A DNA stretch of 54,223 bases, the filler included, from Jimgerdemannia flammicorona (lineage: Eukaryota), in assembly GCA_003990765.1 (NCBI GenBank). It is 3 parts of 3 records of this genome, joined end to end, with 100 filler letters (N's around TTAATTAATTAA, not from the genome) between each part and the next. Parts side by side here need not be neighbours in the genome. Positions count along the whole stretch, not along the records: positions 36,219 to 54,223 come from RBNJ01002334.1; 2 more parts are not named here. One strand, written 5' to 3'. The position numbers and the translations under genes were made by a program. Below are positions 47,776 through 54,223 of the stretch, piece after piece (position 1 is the stretch's first letter; every line of letters starts with the position of its first letter). Below the pieces are notes generated by a model that made no database searches, was not told where the DNA came from, and worked only from the letters and a program-made list of their open reading frames with translations.

Positions 47776-50700
47776 TTAAGTAGCAAGTCTTAGTGAAAAT
47801 CGAGCTCAAGCTATGCTCATTTTCAAAGGCCTAGTTAAAGGAAAAGAAGTTCAAGAACTTATAGACAGTGGAGCTATAGGGAACTTTATCAATCAGAATC
47901 TCATCAAAAGCCTCAAAATCCTTACCAAGCCTGCACCCAAGAATAATAGTATAGTCACTGCAGATGGTACTCTGTACCCCATTGAGTCAATTGCTGCCAA
48001 ACTACCCATTAAGATCCAGAAATATTAGGAACAAGTAGACTTTGAGGTTATACCACTAGGAGATCATGACCTGATCTTAGGAAAACTCTGGCTTATGAAA
48101 CACAACCCAGACATTGATTGGTATAAGAATAAAGTCACCCTACTTCAAGATGGAGTCAATATTACTATCAAGACAGACAAGACTATGAGCAAGACCCAGA
48201 TTGCAATACTGTCAGCTATACAGTACAAGAGAGTACTCAAGAAGGCAATATATGTCTTTATTGTAATAGTTTATTCTAAGAAACAAGACAAGAGACTATC
48301 AGTCAATAAAAGCATCAAGTTACTGCTAGAAGAATTCAAGGATATCTTTCCAGACAAGCTACCTGATCTATCACCTACATAAGAAGTTGATCATGAAATC
48401 AAACTGACTCCAAGATACCACCCAAGAAATATATATACTGCATATTACCACTTTAAATTGAAGTAGTCAAGAAAGAACTAGAAGAACTACTTATATGAGA
48501 AGCCATTCAGCCAAGCAAATCTCCTTATGGCTTACTAGTCTTATTCATCAAGAAGAAGGATAGTACTCTGCAAATGTGTATAAACTATCATGTACTCAAC
48601 AAACTCACTGTCAAGAACTGCTATCTACTACTCTTAATTGATCAAATCTTTGATACTCTTAAGAATGCCAAATACTTCACTAAGTTAGACCTTATGTCAG
48701 GATACTACCAGATTTGAATCAAGCCAGAAGACATTCCCAAGACTATATTCATGACCCCCTTTAGACTCTATGAATTCCTGGTCTTAGCATTTGGTCTCAC
48801 CAATTTACCCACCACATTCCAGACTCTGATGAATAAGATATTCAAGAACTAACTATTTATTTTTCTATTGATATATCTTGACAACATCCTGATCTTTAGT
48901 GTAATTAAAGAAGAATATCTCAAACATATTTGAATAGTCCTGGAGATTCTGTGAAAACACAAGCTTTATACTAAGCTCAAGAAGTGTGAATTCTTCAAGA
49001 AATAAGTCAAATACCTTGGTCACATTATCTCTGTACAAGGAATTCAAGTAGACCCATATAAGATAGAAGTAATTGAAGAATGGTCCATTCCATCAAACCT
49101 TATAGAACTCTGATCCTTCCTTGGTCTAGCTGGCTACTACCACTACTTTGTCAGAAACTTCTCTAGTATTGCCAAGCCACTGACTAACCTCATGAGGAAG
49201 GCTTTGCACTCAGACCACTACATACCCTACACCTGGGACCTCTTCTGTCAATAAGCCTTTCAAGAACTCAAGAACTGCTGACCCATGCTCTAGTCTTGCA
49301 TAATGCAGATCAAGGCCTAAAATTCATAATCACTACTGATATATCAAATTTTACCATTAGAGCAGTTCTGTTATAAGATAATGGTAAAGGACATCATTCT
49401 ATTACTTTCATATCCTGCAAGTTGGCCCTAGCTAAATAAAAGCTAGCCACTCATGAGAAGAAACTACTGGTAATAATATATACACTAGACCACTGGTAAT
49501 GTTATCTAGAAGGTATTGAGTTTAATATCATTACTGATTATCAATCTCTCAAGTACATCAATACCCAATCTACCCTGTCATATCTATAAGCCAAGTGGAG
49601 CCTCAAGCTTCAAATCTTCAATCTGACAATCATCTATAAGTCTGGCAAGACACTTTTAGTACCAGATGCCTTATCAAGATGTCCAGACCTTATCACAATT
49701 ATACAGGTTACCTTGGCATTAGAATTCCTAGACCAAATCAGGTAAGCTTATAAAGAGGACACAGTTGCTACTAGAGTTTTCTCAAACAAGCTCAAGGATA
49801 CATATACTATCAAGAACAACCTGATCTATTATTAAGATCAAGTCTATCTATCTAAAAACATGAACCTACACTATAAGGTTTTACAAGAACACTATGACTC
49901 CCCTCTTGCTGGTCATCTAGAAATTGAGAAGACTGTTAAGAACATTCAACACTACTACTATTAGTTAAGCATAGTCAAGGAAATTAAGAACTATATTGCC
50001 AGCTGTAATCTGTATTAGTACAACAAGTCTATCAACCAAGTACCAACCAGTTTGCTACAACTACTACCAATTCTTATCAAGAAATTTGAGTAAGTTACCA
50101 TAGACTTTATAACTTAACTACTACAAACTCAATCTGGTGCTAATGCTATCACCATATTTATTAACTATCTGACCAAGACTATGGTTGCTGAACTAACTAC
50201 TAACAATGCTACTATACCCAAGATTATAAGAATCTTCTTCAAGTCCATCTTCCATCACTATGACCTACTATGAGTAATTGTCAGCAATTATGACCCCAAG
50301 TTCACTAGTTACTTCTGGTAAACCCTCTTCAAGACCCTGAGAACCCAATTGGCTATATCTACCACCTTTTACCTACAAACTGATGGACAAACTGAGTGCA
50401 TGAACAGAACTCTAGAACAAATGCTTAGAAACTATGTTTCTTATAAGCAAGATGATTGAGACCACTACCTGACTTATGTGGAGTTTGTATATAACAATAC
50501 TATCCAATTATCTACTGATCTTTCCCCTTTTCAGTTACTCTATGGTCAAGATTCTAAGACCTCTGCAAGTCTATTTCCTTTTAAGAAAAGCAGTCAAATA
50601 TAAATTCCAACTACCAAGAATCTTATAGACAAAATAGACAAACTACTTAAGATTGCTACCATAAATCTTCAGAAGACTCAATAGCATCAAGCCAAGTATA

Positions 50701-51477
50701 CTGATAAGAAATGCCATGATATTACTTACACTGTTGGAGATCAAGTCCTACTGTCTACCAAGAACCTCAAGATATAATCTCAAGTCAACCACTCTTCAAA
50801 CAAATTCCAACTCAAGTATATTGGATCTTTTGAGATCATTGAATAAGTCTCTATATTCTCCTACTGCCTCAAGCTACCTGAAACCATGAGAGTATACCCA
50901 GTCTTTCATGTGTCACACCTCAAGACCTGAAACTAGTCACTGCCCTACCTTGGTCAAATTCCTAAGCCTTCTACTCCTGTAATTATTAAAGACTATATTG
51001 AGTATGAAGCTGAAAAAATCCTTGACAAATGAATCCACTACCACTATCCTAAATACCTAGTTAAGTAGATGTATTATTCTAAATATAATACTATCTGGGA
51101 ACCACTGATCAATCTCAAGAACTCTCAAGATCTAGTTTAAGACTTCGAGGTAAAATATATTGTCTAATCTCTGTAGTGACTTCCTTGAATTGTCAATGAC
51201 CTATAGTAATAATCAGTACTTTATATATCAGATGTTTACTTTGGGACCCCAGAACTAGTAGAATATTTAATAAATAAGAAGTCTACTAAAATAAAGCTAC
51301 TAGCTGAGTTCAAACTCCTTCTAGTTGGTTAGTCTGATAATAGACCCTCTGTCCTATATAAAGATGACCAATCTCTACCAATGTACCAATACAAGTTTGA
51401 GAAATTTTGATTAAATATATCTAGTCTTGTATTACCTAAGAACTCAATGAGGACATTGGTTCTTAAGGAGGGAGGGA

Positions 51478-51951
51478 TGTAACAATTTCATAATTATATT
51501 TAGTCTTAGTATATTTTTGTATCTTTTAGTTGGTCTTTTCTTGTCATTTCTTATCATTTCTTGAACATTCTACTATGTTCTGCTACCTTTTACTTACTTA
51601 GAAACCTTCTCTCAGTACCCAGATATTACTAGAACATTCTTGTCTTTTCTTAGTATTAAGTATCTTATTTTAGCTAGTCATAGAACCTTTTAGAACATTG
51701 TAGAATAGTATTAGTCAGCTTTGCTAAGAACTTATTTCTTGGCATTTCTCTTTCTTTCCAAGATTCTTCTGTATCTTTCTTTTAGATCATATATAAATAT
51801 CCTTATTCTCTATTTAAATAAAACTCAGAATATTTTCTTTCAGAAATCCTTCAAGAATATTTAAACCTTTAAGTATCTCTCTGAGCTACTTTAGATTAAC
51901 TAGAACTTCCAGATTTAGCTACTTTCTCTTAAAGAAACTAGAACTATTACA
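51478..51951 (+). repeat. 3' LTR of element A
   Basis: TGTAACA...TATTACA; carries a 10-bp internal duplication (TCATTTCTTA) relative to the 5' LTR. Confidence 0.95.
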
Positions 51952-53108
51952 AAGCTACTATAATTTAGAATTAATTATTATAATCTAGTAACTAACTTAA
52001 AAAAAGTTAAAACTGCATAATATGAAAATTATAATTCCGAATTGATAATTAATAACAAACTTAAACAGATCAGATCTTAATAAACAAAAGATATTATAAC
52101 TCTAAATATTTAGAATAAGATAAATATAATAAATAAATAAGAATATTATAATAAAAAAATATAATATATATGTATACTAAAAATATATTATACTTTAAAA
52201 AATTAATATTCTCTATATTATATATTACTAATTTTAAAATAATATATTATAGTAGTAAATTTAAACCAATTTAACTTTATATCTATTTTATTTATAACTA
52301 AATTATTTTAATTAGATCTATTAGCTAATATAAATATAATTCACTCATATTTTTAAAATTTATTAATAGTATAATAGAGTGATTATTAGTAGTTATGAGA
52401 GACTTAATTATAAAAACAAATTAATAGAATACTTAAAGATATCTATACTAAATAATATATACTTATATTATATTAGTATATAATATACTATAACTAAAAA
52501 TACTCAGTAATAAAAACAGATGTAAATCTGCTCACAGAAACTAAACATTTACTTGAAAACTCATAGAAATCTGATAATAAAGAAAGTCAACCAAAGAATA
52601 ATCAAAAAAAAAAAAGTTTGCTAATATCTAGCATAAGCTTAACCTCAAGAAAGCTCACAATATCAACTTTCTAACATATTGTACACCCATACACCTATAC
52701 AGTAATATCCATCTGACATATTCTAACTTATATTTAAATATATTTCAATATTAATAAAAAACTTATAAAATAATATTTTTTAATTAACAAATATAAAAGA
52801 TTATAAAATCCAATTTTTACACCTTTTGCAAATTCCCTACTTCTACTATACAAACTTGATAAACTATATATACAAATAGTTAAAATATATATATCTGCAA
52901 AAACTTCAATTACATTAAAGCACTACATTAAAACACATTATAACAATACCATCACCTTTACAAACTCACAACATACACCTAAATCGCATTATAACATAAT
53001 CATATTATATCTTTGCAACCAATATAAAACATAGAGATTAGAAAGTATTAACAACAATACATAAGTTAAAATAACTCAATGCGAAATCTGTACAAAGTAT
53101 ATATATAC

Positions 53109-54011
53109 CTAAGAATCCAGTGCAGCCTGTTGTATCCTCCACAAGTCTAAATCGTATCCATTGACAGCTGTAGCTAGGACGCCACCAGAAACTCCATTGT
53201 AAAGTTGAACTGCAGGGATGTTCAATTGATAAACTAGAATACCCAGACCATCGCAGGCAGGTACTCCATGCCTCCCGACACCGATGATGAGGGCATCCGG
53301 AACACCAAGCTGGTGGAGGAATGATACAGTGCGATTATGAATAGGAACCGTCCCAAAACTCATTGCTATAGTTGGAATTGTGGGTGTCGGCCTCGAGCGT
53401 TGATACATCAGAATGAGCATCGCCATGGTCCCGTTCTCACGAGGACGATAAAGTTTAATGCCGAGATAGACTTGAATCGTGGTCCTTGGAGAAAGGTAGC
53501 TCTCCGCCAGAGCGTGCAAGCAGCCGATGGATTGTATGTTCGCAATTTCAACGACCATTGTAGGGTATGCAGATCCTAACGAGTCAGATGCTAGTGCAGG
53601 TGGAGGTCGTTGACGTTGCCTTGGTCGTATTGTTAGGTCAGCGCAGCATACACTATTTGCACCTACAATGAGATCCACCTCGGCCGCAGTTCTAAAATTA
53701 AGGCCGCCCCATGTACTGAATCCACCGATAATCTCAGCCACTACCTGCCCGTGTGGTAGCAGAGGTATGTCATACACTACGACTTTTCCATTCATCAGAC
53801 CTATTTTCGCCGAAAGTTTTGGCTCACTGTCGACAAACTTGAGGTAGTTGTGTACAGTTACGTTGTCGACGATAACGATTTCTCTCTGTTCCTTATCCCT
53901 TGCTTCGACCTCGGTGCTTCCCTCGTCTCGTTCAAGTGCGAGCAAGCGGCTCCTGGCGGATTCAAGATCTCGGCTGGACACCAGAGGTTTGGTTTTGCGG
54001 GGCGGTGCCAT
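53109..54011 (-). CDS. Uma2/DUF820-like putative restriction-endonuclease-fold protein, intronless
   Basis: Intact ORF, likely start MAPPRKT at 54011 (frame open to 54095); LMNGKV...PLLPHGQ...CADLTIRP...YPTMVVEIANIQS...AESYLS follows the Uma2 (P)D...ExA pattern. Confidence 0.75.
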   Translation of the reverse strand: MAPPRKTKPLVSSRDLESARSRLLALERDEGSTEVEARDKEQREIVIVDNVTVHNYLKFVDSEPKLSAKIGLMNGKVVVYDIPLLPHGQVVAEIIGGFSTWGGLNFRTAAEVDLIVGANSVCCADLTIRPRQRQRPPPALASDSLGSAYPTMVVEIANIQSIGCLHALAESYLSPRTTIQVYLGIKLYRPRENGTMAMLILMYQRSRPTPTIPTIAMSFGTVPIHNRTVSFLHQLGVPDALIIGVGRHGVPACDGLGILVYQLNIPAVQLYNGVSGGVLATAVNGYDLDLWRIQQAALDS

Positions 54012-54223
54012 CTGACAAGACGAGTCCCATGAAGTTGACAGCATATTGTCAAGCAGGATTGCACGCGTAGACCTTGTCAATAAATAGGTGACCATTTAAA
54101 AACAAGTCTTAAACCTACTTACCTTACGACACGTAGGGGAGTATTTTTTTTTTTTTTTTTGGCCGTTTTATAATCCCCGTGCAATAATGACAATTTCCCC
54201 GATGGTTCCGTTTTTTTTTTTTT

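Larger units (their letters stand above)
45843..51951 (+). mobile_element. Full-length but inactivated Ty3/Gypsy chromovirus (element A): gag-CCHC-dUTPase-PR-RT-RH-IN-chromodomain
   Basis: Paired LTRs; TSD AAGTT/AAGCT; PBS TGGTAGCAG at 46309; PPT at ~51465-51477; PTPMDLD, CFFCHQIGHIVTKC, LIDSGAIGNFI, IYLDNILI (from YLDD), YEAEKILDK...YLVK*...WEPLINL. Confidence 0.96.

Overview
Eukaryotic DNA, most likely from an early-diverging fungus (Mucoromycota-like; inferred from gene style and repeat content). The window is three unrelated ~18 kb contigs (1-18009, 18110-36118, 36219-54223) joined by artificial 100-nt N/TTAATTAATTAA linkers. Contig 1 has nested, decayed Ty3/Gypsy fragments followed by a compact CpG-rich gene island: a frameshifted F-box/LRR gene, monoglyceride lipase, ataxin-10 homolog, RRP36 and partial SET1. 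Contig 2 has L1/Tx1-like LINE pieces, two hAT-like foldback MITEs, LTR-element 3' ends, tandem duplications and decayed genes. Contig 3 has two different dUTPase-carrying Ty3/Gypsy elements, an AT-rich hypermutated block and a Uma2-like nuclease gene. All repeats show heavy C>T/G>A hypermutation. Two observations stand out. (1) A Ty3/Gypsy lineage with an unusually complex layout: Cys-rich plus F-box-like region, dUTPase, integrase in a separate ORF, and a non-env 3' accessory ORF found as three divergent homologs. (2) A cryptic, hypermutated F-box + cyclin gene that the ORF track misses. All domain calls come from manual translation and motif recognition, not database searches; exon boundaries are approximate.
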